Assembly: GCA_964016885.1 (NCBI GenBank)
Contig: OZ024740.1
Span: 120,776,001 to 120,840,000, forward strand
From: Eledone cirrhosa
Taxonomy: Eukaryota
Reading direction: 5' to 3'
Length of the DNA: 64,000 bases
Shown here: positions 27,465 through 41,343 of the stretch, in pieces
Layout of the letters: every line of letters starts with the position of its first letter
How positions within the stretch are numbered: position 1 is the first letter of the stretch
The notes under the pieces: model-generated
The model's database searches: none
The model's input: only the letters and a program-made list of their open reading frames with translations
Told to the model about the DNA's origin: nothing
Translations under genes and position numbers: made by a program

Positions 27465-27801
27465 AAATGCTGACAAATTGTTCACAGTTGAAACATGGTT
27501 TAATTAGGAATAAAAGAGTATTAGTAATTGTATGGGTTAGTAGCCAGTTGTGGTTTTAAGTTTTTAAGTTTTTACCGGTTGCGCATTTCTAAATGATAGA
27601 ATGTCCGTGTTGTTTGCTCTGATCAGAGCAAACAACACGGACATTCTATCTCAAAATTATTTTTGAAAAGCATTTAGAAATGCGCAACCGGTAAAAACTT
27701 AAAAACTTAAAACCACAACTGAATACTAACCCATACAATTACTAATACTCTTTTATTGCTAATTAAACCATTTTTCAACTGTGAACACTTTGTCAGCATT
27801 T
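27465..27801. repeat. 337-bp foldback with a perfect 56-bp central palindrome (27595-27650)
   Basis: Arms are near-perfect reverse complements; centre ...gctctga|tcagagc... Confidence 0.95.
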
Positions 27802-27814
27802 TCTATTCCGTTTA

Positions 27815-27858
<44 letters not shown>

Positions 27859-28095
27859 CTTGTGTGTGTGTGTGTGCAATATATACATATATACGAAGAC
27901 CAGTGAAGTCTGAAATGAATAGACGGTTGTCCCATTGCTTCCGCTGGATACCACCAGAGGGCGCCTGCCCCTATTTTTGCATATATACGGTTTTAGAAAT
28001 ATGAAATGTCTTTAGAAATACGAAATGTTTATACATATCTGTTTACAGCTATTCTTGAAGCAAATCATATTTCGTTTATATATATATATATATAC

Positions 28096-28159
<64 letters not shown>

Positions 28160-28174
28160 AACATATACATATAC

Positions 28175-28936
<762 letters not shown>

Positions 28937-29097
28937 AAAACTCTCTTTTAAAAGAATTGTCCCTCTCATTTTTTCAATAACATCATCTCCGCAATAACAT
29001 CACTTTGACGAATCAAAAAAAAAAGAAAAGAGAAAAGAAAAGAGAAGCAGACCTGTAAACATATTTTCCGTGCTATTTTCAATTATATTAAATACAT

Positions 29098-29169
<72 letters not shown>

Positions 29170-29201
29170 TGTATATATTTATATATATATATAGAGAGAG
29201 A

Positions 29202-29885
29202 ATGAAACGAAAGTTCATTTCTCACTCTTAGTACGGCAGTTACTTAAATGTGACGTAGTTGCCTAAACACTGTCCGGCGTAATTCGGGCTGTTTGTTTGT
29301 TTAAAAACATACCGAGCATTATAATAAATGTTCGGTAAACCGATACGTGTATATATACATCTGTGCATGTATGTATATATATACATACTACTGTACGTCT
29401 GTATACATATATGTATGTACGTATACATACATACCTACTTACATTTAAGTAACTGCTGTACTAAGAGTGAGAAATTAAATTTCGTTTCATCTGATTCCAT
29501 TTATCGTTTTCGGTGCGCCCAGCCAACTAAACTCACTCGATATGCAAATTAGGCTGCTCAGCCGTTAATATGCATAAGGAAAGTATATACTTTCAGACGT
29601 TCAACCATCTGGCAGGAAGGTATACGATGCTGACGATTGCTTATAAGCTTGAAACTAGTACATTGTTCCTGTGTCAGTGTTGAACAAGAAGGTGACGTGA
29701 TTGCCTAAACACTGTACGGCGTAATTCGCGATCTTTGTTGTTTACAAACAAACCGAGCATTATAATAAATGTTCCGTAAACCGATACATGCATATAAATA
29801 TGTATGCATGTATGTATATATATACATACTACTGTACGTCTGTAGACATATATGTATGTACGAATACATACAAACATACTTACAT
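29202..29885 (+). mobile_element. Non-coding Penelope-type element: inverted 50-bp head + partial tandem repeat (period ~442 bp)
   Basis: 29202-29251 is the reverse complement of 29441-29490; 29250-29444 repeats at 29692-29885; a hammerhead lies between; flanked by (AT)n. Confidence 0.75.
29599..29685 (+). ncRNA. Minimal type-I hammerhead ribozyme
   Basis: acgatg CTGACGA tt-gct-tata-agc-tt GAAA ctag TA cattgt; palindromic stem III ACTAGT; extended stem I (caggaa/ttcctg, gttcaac/gttgaac). Confidence 0.8.
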
Positions 29886-29895
29886 ATATATATAC

Positions 29896-29967
<72 letters not shown>

Positions 29968-30036
29968 TATGAAGAGAGAAGAAACATTTAGATATAATTA
30001 GTAATAAAATGTATCGTACCTAAACTGCTCCTAAAT

Positions 30037-30126
30037 TCCTCGACTACGTAGTTTCGTGGCATAAACAAAAACAATATATCATAAAGATATAGAGTCCTTG
30101 CGAGGTCTGCCGACTTATCAAGAGGA
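30037..30126 (-). ncRNA. Type-I hammerhead ribozyme, U3-A8 core variant (copy 1)
   Basis: tcctc TTGATAA gt-c-ggca...tgcc-ac GAAA ctacgtag TC gagga. Confidence 0.78.
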
Positions 30127-30630
30127 TACCTCATTTTACTAGTCTCAAGAACGCGTCTACACGACGTGAGAAAGAATCCCAAAAGGCGGAGGGGGAGATA
30201 GTCACGCGATATAACGGTCGAGAAACAGATCTAAGCCTCTTATAACCCCGAAGAAAATACCACGGAGGCGGAGGGGGTATTTATATCGAGGCCGTAGAAG
30301 AGGTGGTGAAGAAGGCGAGAAGTATGAGTAATGGAAGCTTTCCAGCTGTCCCCACACTTCAAAGATTGCTCGACCAGAGGGAGTTATTAACAATATATTT
30401 AGAAACACACAGATACATGCGGACACACACATATATAAATGAATGCATCCGCACCCAACTGTGAGTTAAGGGTGCCAACTTCACCGATGTTGCTCAATGA
30501 ATGACTGGGACAGCCCAATTCAGTTGAACTAGACTGAACCAGTATCAGAGTAAAAATACATTATGAAGAGAGAAGAAACATTTAGATATAATTAGTAATA
30601 AAATGTATCGTACCTAAACTGCTCCTAAAT

Positions 30631-30720
30631 TCCTCGACTACGTAGTTTCGTGGCATAAACAAAAACAATATATCATAAAGATATAGAGTCCTTGGGAGGT
30701 CTGCCGACTTATCAAGAGGA
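30631..30720 (-). ncRNA. Type-I hammerhead ribozyme, U3-A8 core variant (copy 2)
   Basis: Same fold as 30037-30126, 594 bp away. Confidence 0.78.
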
Positions 30721-30918
30721 TACCTCATTTTACTAGTCTCAAGAACGCGTCTACACGACGTGAGAAAGAATCCCAAAAGGCGGAGGGGGAGATAGTCACG
30801 CGATATAACGGTCGAGAAACAGAGCTAAGCCTCTTATAACCCCGAAGAAAATACCACGGAGGCGGAGGGGGTATTTATATCGAGGCCGTAGTATGTATGT
30901 ATATATATATATATACAT

Positions 30919-30994
<76 letters not shown>

Positions 30995-31003
30995 GCTCAC
31001 ATA

Positions 31004-31916
31004 TCTATATATATAAAACTGAGGTTGTCTGTCTGTCTACTAAAACGGTCGGCACACATCTCCTCCTAAACCGTACGTTCAAATAATTTTCGTGAAATTG
31101 CTACACTTATAGCTGAAGGTCCGGTGGAGACATCGGTCAAAACAATTTTCAAATCGACCCACGGCATGTGCTAAAAAAAAATTGTAATTTATTGATTTTT
31201 CAGTTCAAATGTATAAATAGCGATGAGACACGAGTTATTTCCCTTTTATTGCGTCATTCTGTCTATCTATATACGTTACGAATATACGACGCGTGCAAAA
31301 GTACAAAAATATGCGAACAGTTTAAGGACCAGCAACATTTTAACCTGCAAAATTCATGAGTTCGAAGTTTCAACATTAAGCTTCCATTTTGCTTCATTTC
31401 CATGAAAAAGTCTTTTAAAACAATATTTTGACATGAAAACAAGCCTATTTGAATACACCGTAAAACAAGCAAATTATTTGTTTAAAAAAAGCATTGATCT
31501 CGAATAAAGCCTTATGAGATTTTCATTTAGAAGCAATGATTTTAAACGACAGATAACGTATTTTTTTTTTTTTTTCATGTCCATCCAATTTCTTTGCTTC
31601 AAAATAACTGATAGTTAGGTTACACTGATGTTTTTCTCTGAGACAAGTGTTGTTGTGTTTACATTTTCGATTTTTGTTAATAGATTACCAGTGCAGTTTT
31701 TATCCCCAGCATCCTCTTTTGTTTTAACATTCGGGTTATGGTTATGTTTTCTTAACTTCATAAGGCATACTGTTGGTTGAGGGAATATTAATCAAAAGTA
31801 CCACATGAAAGTCAACACTGTAGACTCTACAGTTTTTAAGCCAAGAAAGGAACTTTACATTCTAACTTTAACACAGTTACTGAGCAGTCCCGAGCAACGC
31901 CGGGCTTTACTGCTAG
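31004..31916 (+). mobile_element. Non-autonomous Helitron
   Basis: A|TCTATATATATAAAA 5' end; 3' GC hairpin cccg-agcaacgc-cggg (31889-31904) followed by CTAG|T; no TSD. Confidence 0.82.
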
Positions 31917-32350
31917 TATATATAAATATATATTCTAGAAATATTTTCGTCTGTCCTGATAAAACTAAAAACTTATATGGAGTAGATACAGTAAGCTCTT
32001 ACTGTTCAGTATTATTAGTACCTAAAATAAAATTAAGTATCCAGCATATGCATATGTTGTATGCGCGTGTTTTTCAGTTTGTTTAGGAGCTTTGTAATTT
32101 TGTATAAACATGGACATTTGGCTTTGAATATATGTGACAGCAATGTAATATGTTTTTTTGTCATAGAGGGGGATTTGGTTATTATACATAGGCGGTTGAG
32201 TAACGAAGGCTCCGCCGTAGTGAATGTTGTTACTGAGCCAGAGGCCAACCTTTGTTGCGAAAATGAATGAGCAATGGCATTTTTAGCTATACAACACTGA
32301 ATAGAACTTTTATGAGATGCGACGTTACTGGCTGCTGGCCAAATCTATAT

Positions 32351-32527
32351 AATTGTTTCTATTTTTGGCACAAGGCCACCAATTACTCAGTACATTACTG
32401 GTACTTTATTTTATCGACCCCGTAAGGATGAAAGGCAAAGTTAACCTCGGCGGGATTTGAACTCAGACCGTAAAGGGACGTAACTATGCTGGAAAGCATG
32501 GGTTCCGACTCTCTACCGATACTGCCA
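32351..32527 (-). mobile_element. SINE family S, near-full copy
   Basis: Matches 19426-19613, including A and B boxes. Confidence 0.85.
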
Positions 32528-32666
32528 TGTGAGCAGTAACTATAGGAAGTTGACCAGAGAACAGAGAAACAGTATAAATACTAAAAGCGCAGTACGCTGC
32601 CTCTACAACTCATTAGATTAACAAGCTTTTTATTTCTTTTTCCTATATATATATATATAATGTATG

Positions 32667-32705
<39 letters not shown>

Positions 32706-33896
32706 CTGTGTGTGTATGTGTGTGTGCATGTGTACGCATGTATGTATATATCTTATGTCAGGTAACACTTCAGCGTGACTGGTAACATGTAAGTCAGTAA
32801 AACCTATAATGGTGGGGTTGTTGGGGATGTGTTCACCCTGCGGAATGAACAAAAAAAACGTGTAAAAAGACGCAGGAACTCAGTAGGGTCAACGGCCATC
32901 CAATAAAGTTTCTTTTTTGTTAAGCAAAAGACTCCTAGTCTTCATTTAAACAACTCTCTTGAAGAAAATCACTATAATGAATCCTGCGACTTTGTTTACA
33001 TCCAATGATGTTGCCCAGTTTTTTTTTTGAGCAAATATCTTCGATGTTCAGAAAGCAAATGTCTTCGATGTTTCACCCGTGCAAAGACCTCCCACGTAAA
33101 AAAAGCTTCAAGCAGAGCCATCACTTGATATGTGACCTTTTTTGCGATGCATGGTATTGCTGGTCATAGTCAAGTCCCTAGCAGGATTAAAAAGCCACAT
33201 CCGTCATGCTCATGCTTAAGTATTAAGCGATGGCATTACTCGAAATCGAGTTGCAGCTATCATGTATCTATGCATATAGTTACCAACAGTAACATCACGA
33301 ACCATGGAATGAATAGTTATTTTTTCGTTCGCTCATTCCGCCTCTCTGAGACGCAGATCCTCAGATGGTTCTGATGGGCAGAATTAAAAAGGCTTTACAC
33401 CAGTATGTAGCAAGGGAGATGCGCTGGAATAACCATTACAACTCGCAGGGCTGATTCTTGCGTATAGCTACATATGTCCAAAATGCGAGTACGATCTTAC
33501 ATTGTATATTATATTATTTTACCAACTACCGTGTTGATGCTCAATGAATGCAGTTCAGTGTTATAAGCTGCCACCACAAAACAATCGTAACACAACCACA
33601 GTATAACAAATAATCAGATAAAACAAGACGTGGTGATACATGGTGTGATTGGGCATTTAAACTTTGCCAATCCCATCACATTCCAAACAGAATATAAACT
33701 AAATAACAGATGCGAACAACCGGCCACGTAAACATCGACATATTTGAGGGAGGTAGCGATATGGAGAGAGGGGCAAAAGAAGAGAGAATGTAGGAAACGG
33801 AACAAGCTAGTTATATCGTGAATAAAGCATATATGTATTTGCATGTATGTATGTATTTCTGTATAAATATATTTATATATATATATTAGTAGTGGT

Positions 33897-34007
<111 letters not shown>

Positions 34008-34212
34008 GGTTAGCTCTCCTCTTTCTTGTTATCTTGTCTCACTCGCTTTACGCGTTTTAATTGTCCTAATAACTTAATTTAGTTATTATTGCACCGACGT
34101 GAGGTATATGATTTTTAATGCAATGAAATATCTATGATCGTCGGCAAATCACTGATGAGGGACTCATTTTATTACATGTTATCCATGTGCAAGCTGCAGT
34201 ATTCTTCTCCCC

Positions 34213-34255
<43 letters not shown>

Positions 34256-35508
34256 GTGTATGTATGTCTAGTGTGTGTGCGGTGTATGTATGTCTAGTGT
34301 GTGTGTGGTGTATATATGTCTAGTGTGTGTATGTGGTGTGTATATGTGTGGTGTGTGTATCTGTAGTGTGTGTATATGTGTGTGTGTTTGTGTGTGTGTG
34401 TGTACGTGAGACAGAGTGAAATAGAGATAGATAGATAAATGCAGAAATAATGAGATAGAAAGAATGTGGAAGAGAGATACGTTTATATCGAAATAAAGCT
34501 ACTTATAATAACTGATTCTAGGAAATAAAGTAAGCAGACCGTTCACCTTGATCAATGAAGTTCTAAGACATGCATTGTCACGTATATATTATAGAAAAGA
34601 TGCACCATGCATACGAGACTCTACGCTTGACCTGCTAGAAATAGCTGCTAAATTTCCCTTAAATCACATCCTACCTGTCGTATGAATTATTTTTAAGACT
34701 AAACTGGAAAAAATAATTGTTGTTGTTGCTGGACATCTGATATATTAGCCTTGAAAATATACGGTATTGTCATGGCTAGAACATCAATAATCATTGGTCC
34801 GTTCGAGTACGGCTGATTTAGCCTAAACAACTACCTATATAAGAAACATTATTGTTGGTGTACCTCCGTCGTTTTCGAAGATGGTTGTTTCAACAGAACA
34901 GTCTACTCATGAAAATGCCTATAATTCTAGAGCATACTCTAGACCAAATGTTCTCATCCCATTTCTGCCAAACGCCCCCTTTTGCCCCTCGAAATCACGA
35001 AACGACACCCTCCTCACCCCCTGTTTTCCTCCATTTTTCAATATACTACTGATTTTGATATCAGTAGATTACTGTGCCAAATCAAGTTATCTTAGAATCT
35101 TTAAAAAATACACGTACGAATTAAATACAAAAAAGTTTCAGTCCAAAACAAAGCCAAGCTATTTCAAATTATATATTTTTGAAATAAAAAAAAAACATGT
35201 GAACTCAGTCGAAAAAGCTTTTTTTTTTTATAAATTCTATATTTCAGTGTTAGCTGTGATAATATTTTGAGTGGATAGACAATAGAAACTGTAAAGTGAA
35301 AATACAAAAGATGCAAAATATGAAGAATTTCTTAACTTTCTTTGAAATCACAAACTCAGGTGAAAAATAGTACCTTGCAAAATAATATTCCTCGTAGGAA
35401 AATAAAATACTTAGTAACAAGAAATGAATTGAGAAGCTTGGTGACTGAGAAAGCAATATCTGTATTCCTTATATATATACAGAGATAGATACACACACAC
35501 ACACCACA

Positions 35509-35546
<38 letters not shown>

Positions 35547-35698
35547 TAAACGCGCACAAACACACAAACACACACACACACACACACACAAGCTTGTGTG
35601 TGTGTGTCTTGGTTTTGGTACAGAAATAATTTTTTCTCCAGTTTTTATTGTCAGGTCAAAGCCCACTGCTCTTTTCAACAACACCAAATAACATCGCC

Positions 35699-35752
<54 letters not shown>

Positions 35753-35895
35753 GAAGAGAGAAAGAGGGGGGGGGGGCAGAGTAAGAAATGTGTGTGTGTG
35801 TGTTTGGTAGACGTCTATCTGTCTATCTATCTATCTCCAATAGGGGGGTCAAACACGGTAGACCACACTGAAAATAAGAAAATATATGTGTGTGT

Positions 35896-35970
<75 letters not shown>

Positions 35971-35976
<6 letters not shown>

Positions 35977-36114
35977 TCTATCTTGGGCACAAGGCCAGCA
36001 ATTATCCCAGTGCATTACTGGTACTTCATTTTATCGACCCCGTAAGGATGAAAGGCAAAGTTAACCTCGGCGGGGTTTGAACTCAGAATGGCAAGGGCCG
36101 TAACTCTATGCGTC
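35971..36114 (-). mobile_element. SINE family S, 5'-truncated
   Basis: Matches ~19426-19572. Confidence 0.85.
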
Positions 36115-36271
36115 AATATAATATATATATTATACACTCACATATATATATATATTCTTACACACTTAAATATAAATGCATGTATATATACAAATGTATA
36201 TTTGCATAGCTATATACATACGTAAATGTATGTATGTATGTAGATTTACATATATATATATATATAAATCT

Positions 36272-36305
<34 letters not shown>

Positions 36306-36330
36306 TTGTGTGTGTGTGTGTGTGTAGATT

Positions 36331-36361
<31 letters not shown>

Positions 36362-36372
36362 GTATACATATA

Positions 36373-36453
<81 letters not shown>

Positions 36454-36545
36454 TCTTACTGGTTCCTATTACCCACTCTACTACCCCAAGTATTGAGTAC
36501 TTTGGTGTGTTATGGTCCACCTGGTTCCTTACCACATTTCCTTCG

Positions 36546-36585
<40 letters not shown>

Positions 36586-36588
<3 letters not shown>

Positions 36589-37245
36589 GTTTCTGAATTT
36601 GTTTAATAAGATTCTTTATCTGAAATCGTGTGTTGAAACCGATATTGTTATACTTTGGGAGGGTCATGTTGCCAATAAATAGAACACAAGGGTAAATTAG
36701 AGAACATAGAAATAAAAATAGAATCTACACACAGAAAAGACGCAATGTTTAGACAAATTACAGAGGCAATAAACATAAAAGAATTACAACCAAAATTAAA
36801 TAGAAAATATGAGTGGAACAGCAGCATCACAACTTACAATTAAGGACAAAATGAAAACACACACACACATAGAACAAACAACCAACCAGTAACATGTAAA
36901 TAAACAAGTAAATAAATGAACATAAACACACACAGACACCCGGATGTGGCGCATGCGTAGACTGAGCACACAACACACACACAGAAACAAAATGGCGTAG
37001 GACAGATCAAAGGAGAGGCACAGAAACAAAGAAAGGAATCCCCAGTCACTGGAGAGGTCACAGAGTGTGTGACGAAAGAAATATGACAATATCTAAACAA
37101 CTATCTGGTTGTGGAACCAACCAACCAACCAGAAATTTATAAATTTATAAATTTATCATAAATTTATAATAATAATAAATTGAAGTGAAAGCAACTGGTG
37201 CGTGTGTTTCTTATTGGCAACATGACCCTCCCAAAGTATAACAAT
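36586..37245 (+). mobile_element. Penelope-like element 3' end, copy 2, with 35-bp inverted terminal duplication
   Basis: DAMFRQITEAINIKELQPKLNRKYEW; 36644-36678 is the reverse complement of 37211-37245. Confidence 0.72.
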
Positions 37246-37261
37246 ATATATATATATATAT

Positions 37262-40200
37262 TTATTTATTAAAATAACAGATTAAAGTTTCAGCAAAGAA
37301 TCGCTGCTTTCACCCTTGACGGGATCTTCTGAAACTAATAAAGTCAATCTGTAAACGCAGAAGTGGATATTTCAAAAAACGTTGCAACCGGAGGAAGACA
37401 GGAAGACGATACTTTGGTTCGTGGAAACGTTCCCTGGCAAAGAACGGGAAAAAACGAATATAATACGTCATTAATAGGAGCGGTGAAAAACAATTACACG
37501 CAAAGACAGAACCACGTTCATGGTATAAAAGAAGTCGTAGACTAATGTTTTCTTAGGTGGTTCATAGAGACGTTCTCTGGCAATGAACGGAAAAAAACGA
37601 AGATGATACGTCATATGTGGAGCGTGGAGAACAATTGCACGCAAACAGAAAACCACGTAAATGGTATAGCTGAAGTGGTAGACTAAAATTCTAACTAGGA
37701 AACCGAATGATTCTCCGCTTCAGAGTTAAGAATAAAGTAAATAAAATACAATACAGAGGTAATCGAAATTAAATAAATACATACACGCATCCAAATACGT
37801 ACATACACAAGCATACGCGAAAACACTGGCCATAGGTATACAAAACCACGCACATATACATATGTGTGTCAGTGTGTGCGTGTATACAAATAAATAAGTA
37901 ATTAAATAAACGTATATAAATAATTAAATACGTATATAACAAGCGCACACAAATACTTACATGTAAATACACAAATGTTCGGAGACTTGCGTCAACCAAA
38001 ACATGAAGTACACATATACACACACCCAACATACGTACGAATCCGCATACTCACACAGACGCAAAAATCCCGTATACACATAACCAAAAGCATATGTACC
38101 AGAATATATAAAAATATACGCCATAACATATACAATCAAATATACGTACGAGAAAGTATACGTACCATCACAAAACATACAGGTAATATATACTTACCTA
38201 TGCAAATAAGTAATGGTATAAACATAACATATACTTAGCTACTACATCAAGACGTAAAATATCCACGTATAGATCGTACTATCCTTTAGGGTATACTGTG
38301 GGGCTGTAATACAGGAAAGTTTTGTGCAATTTATGTTTACAAGCCGAAATTGCCTCAGAAATTTTGTTTAAGATGTGGTCTGTGGCGTAGAGTATTTCCA
38401 GGGCGGCGCAGAAGTTACAAGGTTTTTATTTCCGTTATACGATCTAGCCTAAGCTTGGCTCTCCCAGTGTAACCTATATTGGATGTGGTTGTCTTTTAGA
38501 CTCCAGATATTAGCTGAAAGTGACGTCATATTTCTTCTTAGAGGGTAACGAAAAGAATGGGTATGCATGTAAAGACGCTGCTTGAATCTATTGGCGGTTA
38601 ACCCTATGTTGGACCTACGGGACGTGGGTGTTTCAACCTTACATTTGTAGACAATGATACTAGAGAGGCATTTCCCGGATAGGGGGCAATCAACCCGATT
38701 CCTACAATTACAGTTAGTACTAACTACAGGGTTGCACGTGTTCCTACGGCTAGGTAGTTTAGCTAAATTTGAAGCTGTGATGTTATGTGCAAGGTTAGGA
38801 GTCGTAGAGTAAGACATTTTAATAGTTTTTCTATTAAAAATTTTACTATATTTATGTGTAGGAGGAAAATGCTTCGTAATAAGCGATAGAAAGATCTTAG
38901 CTAATGGTGTGGCCACCTCCATATTATAGGGTGGGTTATACCATATAATGCGACAGGATCTATTTCTTCTAGGTCTATTCTCGTACTCTGTATATGTTAC
39001 CTTATCGACAAATCCACTCCGAGCAAGAGCTTCATTGTAATAAGTGGAATGGTCGTTGAAAATATGCTCGTTAGTAGAAAGACGGGAAAGCCTCAACGAA
39101 ACGTTTCTTACCAAGTTCTTCGTTATGCTGGCAGGATGGTTGGAATGCTTACTTATGTAATTAAGCGTATCATTCGACTTTCTATACGGGTAATACAAGC
39201 TATTCGATAAATTGAGGGTAACGTTGCGGTAATTAACGACCGAGAGGTTGGCCTCAACCTGTATAGAGAGATTGAAGCCTTTAAAGAAGGCTGTGAGTTC
39301 TTTTCTTAACCTGTCCCAATCACAAGGGCCGCACTTACTCATGGTCAAAAGACCATCATCACGGTACAAACCACCGCCCGCGTCGGGGAATTCGTCCTTG
39401 ATAGAGAAAAGAAGGAAAAGGCCGATAAGATCAGTAACCTCCGCAGAATCGCTGGCGCCCATACTCACCTCGAATGGGGTACTATTGGATTTTTTAATCC
39501 AAATAGAGTCGTCGAAATTAATCACCGACTTACGCGCATTGAGGATGACATCAACTTCGAAATCCTTAAGCACTGTGAGTGTTTTAGCGAAATTGATAGC
39601 TCTAAGGAGAAGTGGTAATTATTGATGGAGGAGTAGTAATTATTGGTGTCGAATTGGATAAAACGGCAATATTCCTTGTTGCATATGCCGTTGAACCAAT
39701 CAATCACCGCGAAAAATTGTTCCACAGTGCAAGAGTTGCCAAACTTCTAATTTCAGGTATAATTCTATCAATAATCCTTTTACTAAGTCTACCTAAATCG
39801 GACCTCGTAGGGTTAATAAGCCGAATAGAGGGGTTGTTCGGAAAATTGGATTTGTGATCCTTCAGCGTAAAGTGGAGAGAAATAGGGTCCAGTGGTTCGG
39901 TCCGGTCCAGGATGTTGAGATCAGAGGTGATTTTAAACCCAGCATCGTTGATTTCATTGATGACGCACCGATTAGTTTTACGGTAATCCTTAGTTACAGC
40001 ATTATGTAGTAGTTGATGGTAAGTACTGCGCTCCACTTGATATAGGTTGCCAGTTTTGTCGGAATGGACGTGCACAGCATTAGAATCCTTAATAGAACGA
40101 TTTCTATTCTTCAGGTCTTGCTGGAAGGAATTGCTCCTCTTCCAAAATGTGATACTCCGTATGAGTTCCAATACATCATTTTCAAAGAGTAGCAATGCTG

Positions 40201-40962
40201 GGTCACATGGAGGGTTATTATAGGTTTTAAACCCAAAGTTATCCTGTTTGTGGTCAGCTTTTCGCGGATTATCGAAATAAAAGGGACGCCAACGCAACCT
40301 TTTAATGAACGCGTCTGTTTTCTGTATCAGGAGTTTTAGGTATGTTTTCCTGCTTGGTACGGGTATGTTCTTTGTAGAAATATGTGTATACGGGAGTTTT
40401 GCGTCTGTGTGAGTATGCGGGTTCGTACGTATGTTGGGTGTGTGTATATGTGTACTTCATGTTTTGGTTGACGTAAGTCTCCGAACATTTGTGTATTTAC
40501 ATGTAGGTATGTGTGTGCGCTTGGTATATACGTATTTATTTATTTATATACGTTTATTTAATTACTTATTTATTTGTTACACGCACACACACACACACAT
40601 ATGTATATGTGCGTGGTTTTGTATACCTATGTCGAGTGTTTTCGCGTATGCTTGTGTATGTACGTATTTGGATGCGTGTATGTATTTATTTAATTTCGAT
40701 TACCTCTGTATTGTATTTTATTTACTTTATTCTTAACTCTGAAGCAGAGAATCATTCGGTCTCCTAGTTAGAATTTTAGTCTACGACTTCAGCTATACCA
40801 TTTACGTGGTTTTGTCTTTGCGTGCAATTATTCTCCACGCTCTGCATATGACGTATTATCTTCGTTTTTTTTTGTCATTGCCAGAGAACGTCTCTATGAA
40901 CCACCTAAGAAACATTAGTCTACGACTTCTTTTATACCATAAACCTGGTTCTGTCTTTGCGT
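37262..40962 (-). mobile_element. Naiad-type Penelope-like retroelement with inverted pLTR segment at its 5' end
   Basis: Disrupted RT + GIY-YIG ORF at ~38279-40380; 40381-40962 is the reverse complement of 3'UTR 37498-38082; hammerhead-like fold at ~37275-37352; ends in (AT)n. Confidence 0.88.
38279..40380 (-). pseudogene. Naiad-type PLE ORF (RT + Cys linker + GIY-YIG), frameshifted and 5'-truncated
   Basis: MRWR, SDKTGNLY, TLKDHK..F...PSIRLINP, RFIQFD, MGASDSAEVTDLIG, GLYRDDGL, IIWYNPPY, CNCR..DCPLSGKCL, VYKC, NIG..ANRFKQR. Confidence 0.88.
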
Positions 40963-41074
40963 CTCAACCTTATCAAACACTAACGCAGGCCTGTGTATGT
41001 GTATATGTGTGTGTGTGTGTATGTATGTATGTATGCTTCACGACACATGCATTGCTTTATATCTGGAGATCTCT

Positions 41075-41343
41075 CTGCACTTGTCGTCACATGGTACCAT
41101 GGGCTCAGCACTATGTGTCAATAATTGTCACAGGTGTAGTGTTTGTACCAGAGTATTCAAGTCGCTGGCTGGACTAAAAAGTCACACTCGTTCAGCGCAT
41201 CGGTAGGGATTCTCCTACATGGATATAAAGTAGTGGCCGTACTCGAAAACGAGTTGGCAGCCACCATGTATGTATGTATGTATGTATGTATGTATGTATG
41301 TATGTATGTATGTATGTATGTATGTATGTATGTATGTATGTAT
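41075..41343 (+). mobile_element. RTE-type LINE extreme 3' end (last C2H2 finger, 3' hairpin, (ATGT)n tail)
   Basis: CSVCTRVFKSLAGLKSHTRSAH*; hairpin actcg-aaaa-cgagt at ~41241-41254; (ATGT)n at 41266-41343. Confidence 0.75.

Larger units (their letters stand above)
29962..30891 (-). mobile_element. Non-coding element with 336-bp near-identical direct repeats (29962-30297, 30556-30891), each with a hammerhead
   Basis: Period 594 bp; about 2 differences between the repeats; TATAAATA on the minus strand; flanked by (AT)n. Confidence 0.8.

Noticed and set aside
29962-30891. TRIM/LTR element interpretation of the direct repeats
   Set aside because: No TG...CA ends, PBS or TSD seen; hammerheads and (AT)n flanks fit Penelope-type repeats better.
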